The notes under the pieces are model-generated. The model was not told the origin of the DNA. It made no database searches and worked only from the letters and a program-made list of their open reading frames with translations. From an uncultured virus (IMG/VR IMGVR_UViG_2651870170_000001) (taxonomy: Duplodnaviria > Heunggongvirae > Uroviricota > Caudoviricetes): a stretch of 64,000 nt of DNA. The stretch lies in IMG/VR virus record IMGVR_UViG_2651870170_000001, one strand, 5' to 3'. Below, in pieces: positions 27,878 through 37,226 of this stretch. Made by a program: the position numbers and the translations under genes. Positions within the stretch are counted from its first letter, which is position 1, and every line of letters starts with the position of its first letter.

Positions 27878-29785
27878 TTATCGAGCTCCGTTCGAAGGAC
27901 GCAGTACCTTGGCGACCATGCCATGGTGTTTGAAATGGTTCAGCCAGACGTCCATATCGCCCGACCATTCGGTGATCTGACGACCGGCGCTGTCGTGGCG
28001 AACGATCGGAATCAACCGGCCAGCCGGCGATACAGCGGGGCTGCGCGCGTAGGCCTGTGCGTCGTTGAGGATCTGCGCCTCGATACCGGTGAACGACTCA
28101 TCGTCGATCGAATCGAAGCGGATGGCCTTAAAGCTCTGGCTGTGCTTCTTGAACTTCTCCGCAAGACGCTTGCGATACGCGATCGGGCTTTCGCCATGCA
28201 ACGGAGCCGAGACGGTTTCGCCGAACATCTGAGCGACCGAATCCCAGCGGGATTGAGCAGCGCTCAAAGCGTCGCGGTCGGACGGGGAGAGCGGTGTTGC
28301 CAATGACGTGAGCCGCGCGTCCATGGCTTTGATCTGGGCCTTGAGCGCCGCATTCTCGCGAGCCTGCGAGTCGGCGCGCGCGGCATCCTTGCGCTCCTTC
28401 TCGAGACGCTCTTTCTCGGCTTTTTCTTCCGAATCCAGACGGGCTGAATCCATCAGCATTTCAGCGTCCTTTCGTTCCTTGGCTTCGCGGGCAGCTTTCG
28501 CTTCGGCCGTTTCTTCATGCTCGCCGGCCGCCAAAGCAGCAGCCTCGAGGGCATGCTCCTTGCGACCTTCGACCTCTGCGACGCCCAATTCACTGGCAGC
28601 CGAGTCGGCAGTCAGTTCGGCGGTAGGCATCTGATCGCCGCCCTTGTTTTCGAGTGCATCCAGCCGCGCACCCAACGTCGTGCATGCCTCATCGAAGCGC
28701 TTACCCAGCGCATCGGCCCAGGCCGGGACTTGCTCTTCAATTCCATCCATTTGAGTTTCTCCAGTGTTGACTCCGCTGGGCTCGCCGCCTTTGTCCCACA
28801 CGCCCTCCTTGCAGATTGCGAGGTGGTCGAGGTAGGACGGCTTGCCTTCGATAAGAACCGTCTTGCCGTCAACATCAACGGAGACAGCCGAGCCCGCGTC
28901 GCGGAAGACAACCGCGGGACTAGTCGATGCGTGCGTCGTCAACATGAGTTGAGCGGCGTCCGCATCTAAAATCTTCACAACGCCCCGCACCTCGTCAGTC
29001 GTGAGGTAGGGCACAAAGACCGAGCCAATGGAGCGGTCGCGGAACTCGTCGGTATCGAGACCGCCCTTCTTGGGGTGTTCGAAAATGACGGGCAGGCCGT
29101 AGCAGCGCTCTCTGAATTCCTCGGTCAGAAACTCTTCAGGTGTGCGGTACGAGTACTCATCAAGCGCCGTGCGGTAACTCGTGCCCGTGCCCGTGATGCG
29201 CAGATCGAAAAGCCAGATGCTTTCGTAGCGCTGCGGCGAGAGAAGGTCGCGATAGGCAATACGTTTGGCGATGTCCAGTTCATTGCCGGTGACCAGCGCA
29301 ATGGTTCTGGCTACTTCGGGGTGAGTGTTTTCGGGAAGTGCGTCAGGGAAGACCCACTGCCATTCGGTATGCTCATCGTTTAGCTTTGGCTCGAATGTCC
29401 CGTCGACTTCCTGCTGAAAGCACGTGTAATCGCCACCATCAGGATTCTTCGTGATGCGGATTGCCCATCGATCACCGTCAGGGCACGAACCGATTTCCTC
29501 GACGCACTCACGCCCTGCGGCTTCTTCGGGCGATTCATCCGCTTCGATGTGCCCGCCCGGCTGCTCCCACTCACCCGTGTCGCTGCGCTTGACGAGCAGG
29601 TATTGCGGACCGGGGGCGCGGAAGAGGATGCCAGCGCAATTGGCAGACATGACAGAATCGTGGCGGCTTTCGCCGGCTTCGCTATATGCAATGGCTGCCG
29701 CCTGCTTCGGATCTTTGCCTGCGTTAATCTCGGTCGCGATGTTATGGCAGATGGCCTCGCGCGACGATCCTTGTTCGAGAGGCAT
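27878..29785 (-). CDS. Prohead protease/scaffold (DUF2213-like) with N-terminal NUDIX hydrolase domain
   Basis: NUDIX box GGHIEADESPEEAAGRECVEEIG; PVIFEHP, DHLAIC; acidic coiled C-terminal scaffold. Confidence 0.8.
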   Translation of the reverse strand: MPLEQGSSREAICHNIATEINAGKDPKQAAAIAYSEAGESRHDSVMSANCAGILFRAPGPQYLLVKRSDTGEWEQPGGHIEADESPEEAAGRECVEEIGSCPDGDRWAIRITKNPDGGDYTCFQQEVDGTFEPKLNDEHTEWQWVFPDALPENTHPEVARTIALVTGNELDIAKRIAYRDLLSPQRYESIWLFDLRITGTGTSYRTALDEYSYRTPEEFLTEEFRERCYGLPVIFEHPKKGGLDTDEFRDRSIGSVFVPYLTTDEVRGVVKILDADAAQLMLTTHASTSPAVVFRDAGSAVSVDVDGKTVLIEGKPSYLDHLAICKEGVWDKGGEPSGVNTGETQMDGIEEQVPAWADALGKRFDEACTTLGARLDALENKGGDQMPTAELTADSAASELGVAEVEGRKEHALEAAALAAGEHEETAEAKAAREAKERKDAEMLMDSARLDSEEKAEKERLEKERKDAARADSQARENAALKAQIKAMDARLTSLATPLSPSDRDALSAAQSRWDSVAQMFGETVSAPLHGESPIAYRKRLAEKFKKHSQSFKAIRFDSIDDESFTGIEAQILNDAQAYARSPAVSPAGRLIPIVRHDSAGRQITEWSGDMDVWLNHFKHHGMVAKVLRPSNGAR

Positions 29786-29801
29786 TCCGATTTACCAAAA
29801 G

Positions 29802-29825
29802 AAAAAGCCACCGGATGGGTGGCTT
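29802..29825 (-). terminator. Intrinsic terminator
   Basis: AAGCCACC hairpin plus T-run. Confidence 0.6.
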
Positions 29826-29844
29826 CGTGTGGGGTGGCGCTGGG

Positions 29845-30675
29845 TCAGGCAGCGACTTTGCGCTTGATACGAGTTTCTTCGAGCAGTTTCCGACCTTTCT
29901 CGGTCAGCATGCGATCAGGCAGTTCGCGAAGGGCATTGAGATAGGTGTATGAGCACTGGCACGCGACTTCTTCGGCCGGCGCCGTGATCTCGTCCGTGTA
30001 GCCGTCGCCCTTGTTGATCAGGCCTTGCTCCATCGCCCAAGACCCGCGAATGGCGTAGATCTTGCCATCACGTTCCTTATGGTCCTTGCGATAGTCATAG
30101 CCCGGGCGTTTCCAGCGCGAATTCCACTCTGCCGCAATGGCTCCGGTCTGTTGGGCGATCACCGCATTGATGGATGAAATCAACTTATGCCCCTGGTCGA
30201 TCGTGACGCGCCTTTCTTCGTAGCGAACCTGTTTGATCGACTTGGCGATGCCCTCCTTGACGTCGATCTTGTCGACCACACGCGAGCCACCATCAGGAAT
30301 TGATGTCGCCCAACCAGAAGCACGCTGCAACATCTTTTCAACAGCCTGCTCGCGATTGATCTTGATCAGGTTGACGCTTGCGAGAATGCGCCGGTCCAAC
30401 TCCGAGCGAAGCTGAGGCTTGATGCGTTCAATGGTGAAGAGCGGCACGCCAGGGTGATGACGCAGCATCGCCGTCTTGGTGAAGTTGCGACGGAACACTG
30501 CGTCCATCGCCAGCTCCATGCGGGTGCGCACCTCTTCCTCGGTCGGCAGATCAACCAATGCAGCGATGCGCAGGCGTTTGAGCCACTCGTTGATTCGGGT
30601 CAGGTCGTCGTAACCGTTCTCGGAGATATCCCGCACCGCCTCAGTCAGAACTTCCTGGAAGGTGCGGGAACTCAT
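29845..30675 (-). CDS. Head morphogenesis protein (MuF/SPP1 gp7-like)
   Basis: DQGHKL, RKDHKERDGKIY, PAEEVACQC motifs; follows portal. Confidence 0.8.
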   Translation of the reverse strand: MSSRTFQEVLTEAVRDISENGYDDLTRINEWLKRLRIAALVDLPTEEEVRTRMELAMDAVFRRNFTKTAMLRHHPGVPLFTIERIKPQLRSELDRRILASVNLIKINREQAVEKMLQRASGWATSIPDGGSRVVDKIDVKEGIAKSIKQVRYEERRVTIDQGHKLISSINAVIAQQTGAIAAEWNSRWKRPGYDYRKDHKERDGKIYAIRGSWAMEQGLINKGDGYTDEITAPAEEVACQCSYTYLNALRELPDRMLTEKGRKLLEETRIKRKVAA

Positions 30676-32123
30676 GTGCGCCCCGATTCGACCATTGGCT
30701 CAGGTTCACTCTCTGTCATCGGCGTAGGCGGCACATAATTGGCAATCGCCTCGCGATCCAGTTCGAGTGGCGCCGAGAACATCAGTTCACGCTCATTCAT
30801 GATGTCAGCCAGCCACAACGCGAGATCTGCTTTGCTTTCTGGATCCAGCATCGGCGAGAGCACTTCCACGATGGCGATTGCGGCCTTCATGACAATGTCG
30901 TCTACCTTGGCTTTCTCGCTGTCGGGCTCGACCAGCAGATTCGGCCATTCGGCTTCAAACGCATTCTTCCATTCGTAGAACGCGGTCTCGTATGGCGTAT
31001 CCGCATAGCCAGGATACTTGCGCTGGATCGATGCGTAGAAATCCGGATTCCATGCCCGCCGCATGACGATGTTGTCAAAGAAGCGGTAGATCGGAGCCAT
31101 GCTCTTGCGGAACTCGGCGATGTATTCCGCGATCACCTTGGCGTCTTCAGTGCCTTCGCCAAATCCCTCGGCCAGCGTTTCCTGATTGATCAGGCTCGCC
31201 GGCATGTTGTCCGACGTGGCGATGTTCTTTAGGACATTATTGCGCGCGAATTCAGCAGCATCCCGGACGTTCTTCAGATCTATCGACTCGATGCTTTCAT
31301 TGACGCCGATCGAAATGACATTGCCGGTCTTCGCGCCTTTGAGTGCCTGGCGCTTGAATCCGAACCATGCGCGCGACTGCTGGTCGATCACTGCGCCAGG
31401 CGATTGCATCTTCATCACCAGCAGCATCGCCTTCTCAAGGATGGCGTTGTCAGTGATCATCGACTGGACAAACGACTTCAGCGGATAGAGCGCGCGCTGA
31501 TAAACAGAGCGGCCCACAAAGCCGAACGCGCTATTCGACCACTCAATATAGATCGGCTGCTCATTGAGCATGACGACCGCGCGCGAAGGGTGGTAATCCG
31601 CCTTTCCCACGCGGATATGCTGCGGCTTCTGAAAGTCGGGCGCGTTCGGATCCTGATTCAGAACCAGCGAGCCAGCCGTATTCAGCGGATCCAGGACGTT
31701 GTAGTACAGATCCAGTTCGTGCAGCCGATCCATCGGAAGCGGCTCGTCAGTTGGAAAATCGAGCGCGCCCGCTACAACCGACCCGGCGCCATATGCGCGA
31801 CTCGTGCGCATCACGTTGGCGATGACCTTATCCGCACCGATGCTGCCGGTTTGTTCCCATTCCTTCTCGAATGCCTTGATCAGGTCTTTCTCGGGACCAC
31901 CGGGAATTTTGATGGTGCGCTTCTGCGACTGCGCTTTCTTGATCGGCGCATCAACCATTTTGGCGCCGATCGGGTGGAAGGCCAGGATGGTCTTGCACAA
32001 CTCGTACGATGGCGAATCCCCCGGCTGGATATCCTCAGCCATCAGGATTTTCATGAGCGGGGAGTTGTTGCCCATCGATACCCCGAGTGTGGCCGCGCCT
32101 CCCTCTTCGTTGTTTCCGCTCAT
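30672..32123 (-). CDS. Portal protein (DUF1073-like)
   Basis: 483 aa after terminase; HPSR motif; position. Confidence 0.8.
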   Translation of the reverse strand: MSGNNEEGGAATLGVSMGNNSPLMKILMAEDIQPGDSPSYELCKTILAFHPIGAKMVDAPIKKAQSQKRTIKIPGGPEKDLIKAFEKEWEQTGSIGADKVIANVMRTSRAYGAGSVVAGALDFPTDEPLPMDRLHELDLYYNVLDPLNTAGSLVLNQDPNAPDFQKPQHIRVGKADYHPSRAVVMLNEQPIYIEWSNSAFGFVGRSVYQRALYPLKSFVQSMITDNAILEKAMLLVMKMQSPGAVIDQQSRAWFGFKRQALKGAKTGNVISIGVNESIESIDLKNVRDAAEFARNNVLKNIATSDNMPASLINQETLAEGFGEGTEDAKVIAEYIAEFRKSMAPIYRFFDNIVMRRAWNPDFYASIQRKYPGYADTPYETAFYEWKNAFEAEWPNLLVEPDSEKAKVDDIVMKAAIAIVEVLSPMLDPESKADLALWLADIMNERELMFSAPLELDREAIANYVPPTPMTESEPEPMVESGRT

Positions 32124-32162
32124 TTATCAGCCTTGCGATTGCCAAGGCTATAAGCCCGGCGA

Positions 32163-32831
32163 TTAGTCAGTTTGACCGTATCGAGGTTTCTGGGTAATGG
32201 CGCGCTCAGCGGTCCATCCCATTTGAAGGCGGCAATGGATAAGGCCGCGCCGGAATCCGCGCCGGTCTTCCCATTGAGCCACCGTTAAAGTCTCGCCATT
32301 GAAATCGAGCATCCGGCTCGATCGGCGGTTGTTGGCCTGCTCTTTCTTTGTGGCCCAGCGGACATTACCCGGCTCGTAGTTGCCGTCGTTGTTTGGATAA
32401 CGGTCAAGCGTTAGTCCCTTCTGCGGCGGGAGGCCGACATCTGCGAGGAAGTTTTCAAACGTCATCCAGCGATCACAGACCTTGACGCCACGGGCGCCAT
32501 AATCCATGTAAGCCTTGCATTGCGCATCATTGCAGCGCTGGAGCATGCTCATCCATGTGTTGTGGATGGGCGTATGCGACATGCCGTGCTGGAGAGATGC
32601 GGCCTTTGCTCGCTCTTTTTGAAGGCAACCGCAAGACTGTGTCATCCCTCTCCGGAGATTCTGCGATCCCACTATCGCCGCAGCGCCACAATCGCATGCA
32701 CACTCATAAAAGAGTTTTTCTATTCCCGGCTTACGGTGCGGCCTAATGGCGGTAAGCCGCCCGAACTTCTGCCCCGCAAGCTCAATCCGGTTAGACGCTT
32801 TTACTCCAGTGACCACGCCTTTTGCTGTCAT
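32163..32831 (-). CDS. HNH-type homing endonuclease
   Basis: GQKFGRL, CACDCG, SCGC, YGARGVKVCDRW, TLDRYPNNDGNYEPGNVRWAT..EQANN. Confidence 0.85.
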   Translation of the reverse strand: MTAKGVVTGVKASNRIELAGQKFGRLTAIRPHRKPGIEKLFYECACDCGAAAIVGSQNLRRGMTQSCGCLQKERAKAASLQHGMSHTPIHNTWMSMLQRCNDAQCKAYMDYGARGVKVCDRWMTFENFLADVGLPPQKGLTLDRYPNNDGNYEPGNVRWATKKEQANNRRSSRMLDFNGETLTVAQWEDRRGFRRGLIHCRLQMGWTAERAITQKPRYGQTD

Positions 32832-32878
32832 CTCAAGCCCCAGTAGTAAGGAGCTAACAGCATACTACAATCTATCTG

Positions 32879-34153
32879 TTAATACCCGTCCGTATCACCC
32901 AATGATATAGCTATGCTGTAACAGAAGGTATCTAAAAGGTCCATGTTGTGGGGCGTCTTCGTCCCCATGCGGAACCCGCAGACCTGAGATACCAGGTGAT
33001 TGCGTGTTTGCCCCTTGTAGTTCACAAGCTTGTCGTGCGCATACCGACTGATCTTGACCTCGCCGCGGTGAACGTACCCGCTGACCGACAGCGCGCGGCC
33101 TTCCTTGCCAAGATCAGTCAACTTACTGTCGATCGGATAGAAGGGCAGACTGCGTCGCGCCGCCTGTTGCAGCAGTACGATGCCCGATGCTTTATCTTCG
33201 ATCCACGCGCCGACGTTGCCTTGCCGCGCCTTGGTTTGGATTGCCAGTTCCTCACAGCGTTGATTGACGCTTGGAAGCCAGCTCTCGAGCAGTGATCCCT
33301 CTATCTGGAGAAGATCCCAATCAAGAATGATGAGAGGGTGGCCTGCATATTTGCTTTTGGCGCAATAGATGACCGCAGTCCCATCGTGCTCGAGACCGTC
33401 TTTGAGGGCGGTGTCGATGACCGCGAATATCTGATCCGTCTTGACCGGATAGTCGACCGGTTGGCCATCTTCGAGAAGACTAAGCTCAGAGAAGAATGCC
33501 GAGCCGCGCCAGTCCACAAAATCAGCGAGGTATTCCTGCTGGTAGACCAGCGGCGGGTAGTCATGAATCAGCTTCGCGACAACATCCGGGTCCAGGTGCG
33601 GATTGGATGCGGTCGGGGCGTGATACTCGACCCAGCCTTCAACAGGATTGGTGCATGCCTCGTAGAAATAGTTGTCAGGGTCGATGCCTTTCGGCGTACC
33701 GGCCATGATGATCGAGCCGTTATAGTCCAGCAGCGTTGGACGTATCGACTGATCGATGATCTCTTTCAGGCCCTTCGCCTTGAGGCTCGCCTCGTCAACG
33801 ATGACCTTGTGATACTTGCGTGACCGGCCGGCGTTCTCATCCTCCAGCGTCCAGAACTCAACCAGCCCGCCCGTGTTGAGCTGGATAAGCTGGTCGATCT
33901 TGGACTTGGACTGAATGACCGGCTTGAGCGTATGGATTAGGTTCCCATACGTCGGCGCATTCAGCTTGTACTTCGGGCCGAGCCAGCCGACGCGCTCGCC
34001 ATTGAACGCCCACTTCGCAGCGCACCGCTCAAGCAAACTAGTTTTCCCGAAGCGTCGACCGCAGCGGATCACTACCTTCTTATGCTGCTTGAACCCTTGG
34101 GCGATCTCGATCTGGCGCTCGTGAAGCTTCTGCAGCTTGACGGATTCCTTCAT
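32879..34153 (-). CDS. terL: Terminase large subunit
   Basis: Walker A CGRRFGKT, Walker B VIVDEA, GTPKG, YQQEYLADF, IEDKASG nuclease motif. Confidence 0.95.
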   Translation of the reverse strand: MKESVKLQKLHERQIEIAQGFKQHKKVVIRCGRRFGKTSLLERCAAKWAFNGERVGWLGPKYKLNAPTYGNLIHTLKPVIQSKSKIDQLIQLNTGGLVEFWTLEDENAGRSRKYHKVIVDEASLKAKGLKEIIDQSIRPTLLDYNGSIIMAGTPKGIDPDNYFYEACTNPVEGWVEYHAPTASNPHLDPDVVAKLIHDYPPLVYQQEYLADFVDWRGSAFFSELSLLEDGQPVDYPVKTDQIFAVIDTALKDGLEHDGTAVIYCAKSKYAGHPLIILDWDLLQIEGSLLESWLPSVNQRCEELAIQTKARQGNVGAWIEDKASGIVLLQQAARRSLPFYPIDSKLTDLGKEGRALSVSGYVHRGEVKISRYAHDKLVNYKGQTRNHLVSQVCGFRMGTKTPHNMDLLDTFCYSIAISLGDTDGY

Positions 34154-34575
34154 ACATCTGGATCCGGGTCGGCAAGTTTGGGAGTCTGTTCGTCGTCGGC
34201 CCTAATCCGAGCCGCAAACATACCGCCAGCCTCTTTCGCCGCCTGCTCAATGAGTTGCGCAGCCATTGCGTAATTGCCGCGGCGCGATGTCTTCTCGTAC
34301 ATGCCTTGAAGCGCACGCAGGCGGAAAGACTGGTTGGCTATCGGAATGGCTGCAGTGTTGGCAAGGAAGGTCTTACGCGTTTCATGGAAAATCGCCTGCC
34401 ATTTCTTCGCGAGCCCGCGCGTTGTCTTCTTCGTGGGGTCATACGATGCGATCTGCTGACGCGTCAATTCCAGGCCGAATTCTTCCTTAACCGCCTCAGA
34501 AACCTGTGTGGGAGTATCAAAGCATGCCAGCGCTTGCACGATGAACGCTTTCACGTCCTCCGTGAGCGTTGCCAT
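34150..34575 (-). CDS. terS: Terminase small subunit (DUF2280-like)
   Basis: FIVQALACFDTPTQV, YDPTK, IPIANQSFRL, EQAAKE; directly upstream of TerL. Confidence 0.8.
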   Translation of the reverse strand: MATLTEDVKAFIVQALACFDTPTQVSEAVKEEFGLELTRQQIASYDPTKKTTRGLAKKWQAIFHETRKTFLANTAAIPIANQSFRLRALQGMYEKTSRRGNYAMAAQLIEQAAKEAGGMFAARIRADDEQTPKLADPDPDV

Positions 34576-34603
34576 TTTTCATTCCGTAAGAGGTGAGTAA
34601 GGG

Positions 34604-34825
34604 CTATGCGGCGATCACCGGCTGACCATTCCTGCGAAACCATTCGTCCCAAATAGAATCAGGATCTCCGCCCAATTCCCGAATCTTCTCGGACATCAGG
34701 CCGATGATTTCGCTTCGCTGACGAGCGGCTAACTTGTGAACTTCGATGTCATCCGGAGACATGTAAGCTTCCGCCAAAACTAACGGCGCCTCATATGTCA
34801 CGCCATCAATGCGCTTTTGTCCCAT
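34604..34825 (-). CDS. Hypothetical protein
   Basis: Short ORF in late operon. Confidence 0.5.
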   Translation of the reverse strand: MGQKRIDGVTYEAPLVLAEAYMSPDDIEVHKLAARQRSEIIGLMSEKIRELGGDPDSIWDEWFRRNGQPVIAA

Positions 34826-34844
34826 GACATTCTCTTCGTAAAAG

Positions 34845-35075
34845 TTATTCGCCCTCAGGATCGACCGTATCGAAGATGTCCGGCATATCGCGCAGGAGGA
34901 TCGACAACTGAGCCGTGGTCGGAGCAACCGTGATCTTCCAGCGCAGAGGACTGATGTGCTCAGGGCAACTCTCATCCCATGCGACGACGCCCTTGGTCAT
35001 CTCGACTTCAAGGCCCTGGATTGTGGTTAATCCCATGTCGCCGCTGTTCCGGTATGTCTTTGTCAGATCCGTCAT
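34845..35075 (-). CDS. Hypothetical protein
   Basis: GAGG RBS; ATGA overlap. Confidence 0.55.
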   Translation of the reverse strand: MTDLTKTYRNSGDMGLTTIQGLEVEMTKGVVAWDESCPEHISPLRWKITVAPTTAQLSILLRDMPDIFDTVDPEGE

Positions 35076-35734
35076 GCCGCCCTCAATAAACAAGTCCCGC
35101 ACATCCGCGCAATATCCACATTTCCGATCTCCGGCGCACGCTTTGCCGCCTCAACGAGAGCAGCCGTTTTGCCCGCAGCGGCGCCGACTCCATACCTGCG
35201 AACAATGCCAACGAACTCCTCGACGTCGTGTGATTGGATGCCGATCTTGGGGAGACCGTCTTTGGTGAAGGCCGGTTGGTCGAACTCATCGGGCTTGTGT
35301 GCGATGTGAAAGAGTTCGTGTTCGATGAGCGCACAGAACTCAATGTCGGAGCACTCCCGCGCGTAATTGGCGTCAAGCGTAATCAGGTAGGCCGGGACTC
35401 GCCCGAACCATTCCTTCATCTGCTGTTCCTGCCGGCCCTTCTGCCACGCTCCACAACGGAAGGTGACTTCCTCGCATTGTCCGACCACCCTGCGCATCTG
35501 GCGTTTGTTCTCGACTGCAGCCCAGAGGTATTCGATGTCGGCGTAGTGGAGATGTTTGTGATCCTCGTTATAGAGCGGTGAGGATTCATCCATCAGGGTC
35601 TTGGCTACCCACTCGGCGAGGCCATCGGCCGGCACGAAGTGTTTTGTCCAGTTGCTCTCGTCGAAGAGGATTTCTGGCGGAGCAGGGCGCAATGGAGAAA
35701 TATTCTCGACGCTTTCCCGTTTCTTGCGTGGCAT
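35072..35734 (-). CDS. Phage putative metallopeptidase
   Basis: LIEHELFHI (HExxH), HDVEEFVGIVRRYG. Confidence 0.85.
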   Translation of the reverse strand: MPRKKRESVENISPLRPAPPEILFDESNWTKHFVPADGLAEWVAKTLMDESSPLYNEDHKHLHYADIEYLWAAVENKRQMRRVVGQCEEVTFRCGAWQKGRQEQQMKEWFGRVPAYLITLDANYARECSDIEFCALIEHELFHIAHKPDEFDQPAFTKDGLPKIGIQSHDVEEFVGIVRRYGVGAAAGKTAALVEAAKRAPEIGNVDIARMCGTCLLRAA

Positions 35735-35789
35735 TCGTTTCTTCCAGGGGCGCAAAGTGCCGGAAGAATTCACTTCTTCCATCCAAAAC

Positions 35790-35889
35790 AGGTCGTCCCG
35801 GCTGGATTCGAACCAGCGACCGGCTAAGCGGAGCAAAGGAACTCACTTCCAGTGCTCTGCACCCTCTCTACCAACTGAGCTACGGGACA
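35790..35889 (-). ncRNA. tRNA-like RNA / pseudo-tRNA without canonical anticodon loop
   Basis: 7-bp acceptor stem, D arm GCTCAGTTGGTAGAG, T arm GCTGG-TTCGAAT-CCAGC, ends ACCT; enlarged anticodon region. Confidence 0.75.
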
Positions 35890-35990
35890 ATATAAAAGCG
35901 CCGCCGAAGCAGCGAACTCGGTGAGGGCCGAGGAGGAGAATAGAGCCGCCCGGGTGTGCTCTGCGTAGCCGTCCTACGCGTGACGGCAAA

Positions 35991-36101
35991 TCAATCCGGC
36001 AGCAGCCAATCACCCCAAGCCACCCAGGCACTGGCCGCGGCAAGGTGGAATTGCGCTATTGCAGCAGCGCAGGCGGCGAGGTATTCGGCGATGGGGATCA
36101 T
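35991..36101 (-). CDS. Small hydrophobic peptide (36 aa)
   Basis: Manually translated MIPIAEYLAACAAAIAQFHLAAASAWVAWGDWLLPD, 3 nt after previous stop. Confidence 0.35.
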   Translation of the reverse strand: MIPIAEYLAACAAAIAQFHLAAASAWVAWGDWLLPD

Positions 36102-36104
36102 GAT

Positions 36105-36359
36105 TTAGGCCGGTGCGCCCGCAGTGGAGCAACTGAAGCCAGCCAGCCTAGTAGGGCAACTGCCGAAATTCGGGCAGACGTACCCAATAGGGGAGCCCAA
36201 CTCAATATTGCATTTAGAACAGCGCGGCTTAGCGCCCATCGTTGGCATGATTGGCCAGGTAATCGGTGGGGTAGGCACCTCGCCATTGCGATGGATGCCC
36301 TTTTCAAGGCGATCGACCCGGCGCTCAAGCTCGGCAATCTTCTCAGCGTCGGTCATCAC
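36105..36359 (-). CDS. Hypothetical Cys-rich protein
   Basis: CSKC...GYVCPNFGSCP; overlaps previous stop. Confidence 0.6.
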   Translation of the reverse strand: MMTDAEKIAELERRVDRLEKGIHRNGEVPTPPITWPIMPTMGAKPRCSKCNIELGSPIGYVCPNFGSCPTRLAGFSCSTAGAPA

Positions 36360-36481
36360 AGCACCATCCTTCGGAGAGCATCCAGCCGCGCCACAAGCGA
36401 CGCCTTCAGCGCCTCGTCAATCCTCATGCGCTGGATGTCCGCTTCGAGGCTGTCGATCAGTTGCTGGGCTTCGAGGTTCAT
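36356..36481 (-). CDS. Hypothetical small helical protein (41 aa)
   Basis: Manually translated MNLEAQQLIDSLEADIQ...; stop/start overlaps on both sides. Confidence 0.5.
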   Translation of the reverse strand: MNLEAQQLIDSLEADIQRMRIDEALKASLVARLDALRRMVL

Positions 36482-36762
36482 TTCTTGGCCCGTTCCGCAT
36501 CGAGCTCATCCTGATCCATATCGGCAATCGAGGTGATGAAGCCGCCAGGGACGAGCGCATTGGCTGAGATCTTCGCTGCCAGCACGTCACGCGCCCATGC
36601 GAGCGCCTTGGTGTTGTGCTCGCGGCACGTACCACCACTGGCGAACTGGAAGCCGTCCACGGTGATTTCAACGCCGCGCGAGGTGTGGTCGATCGTGATG
36701 CGGCCGAACTTCTCCAGATCGGAGTAATCCAGATCGGTTGCTTTCAGAATCATTCCGCTCAT
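36478..36762 (-). CDS. Hypothetical protein
   Basis: GAGGA RBS, ATGA overlap. Confidence 0.6.
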   Translation of the reverse strand: MSGMILKATDLDYSDLEKFGRITIDHTSRGVEITVDGFQFASGGTCREHNTKALAWARDVLAAKISANALVPGGFITSIADMDQDELDAERAKK

Positions 36763-36962
36763 TTAAACAATTCCTCTAACGCCATCCATGCCGCACTGCG
36801 TTTGCGCGGTTGCCCTTCTTCTGCCAACCATTGTTCTAGTGGCTTGTGGGGTGGGGTGGGTTCGCTTTCCCATCGACGCGGATATTCGGGTAATGGGCTG
36901 TTCTGGACTGGCTGGCGTTCCTGGCGACGTTCGCGGGCCTGCTTGGCGGCGAGAATATCCAT
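36759..36962 (-). CDS. Hypothetical protein
   Basis: First ORF after late leader terminator. Confidence 0.45.
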   Translation of the reverse strand: MDILAAKQARERRQERQPVQNSPLPEYPRRWESEPTPPHKPLEQWLAEEGQPRKRSAAWMALEELFK

Positions 36963-37011
36963 CGGATCGCCGTACAAGTGCGAGGAGAGAGCCATGGCAT
37001 GCCTGAAACGC

Positions 37012-37037
37012 AAAAACCCGCCGGGTGAGGGCGGGTT
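37012..37037 (-). terminator. Late leader terminator (tR'-like)
   Basis: AACCCGCC hairpin plus T5, about 150 nt downstream of late promoter. Confidence 0.7.
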
Positions 37038-37190
37038 CGGGGAAATTTCGGGAAAGCTTCGCCATCGAAGGGCGATTTTTGCGATGTTATCTAGGGCTCT
37101 TGGCTGGTTGCTCCGGGATCACCGCGACGTGCGCGACAACCTTATGGTCCGGACCTGGCTTCAAGTCAATATTAGGATTCGCTGCCGGAT

Positions 37191-37219
37191 AGTATATGAC
37201 GAAAGTTAGGTGTATACAA
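37191..37219 (-). promoter_or_regulatory. Late promoter (pR'-like)
   Basis: TTGTAT-N17-TATACT; downstream -10-like TAATAT consistent with a sigma70 pause element. Confidence 0.7.
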
Positions 37220-37226
37220 CAATTAT

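Noticed and set aside
30672..32123. Anti-CBASS Acb1 activity of the DUF1073-like protein
   Set aside because: No appended 2H phosphodiesterase domain recognised; size and position fit a plain portal.
35790..35889. Functional decoding tRNA
   Set aside because: No 7-nt anticodon loop can be drawn and the 3' end is CCT; recorded as tRNA-like ncRNA.
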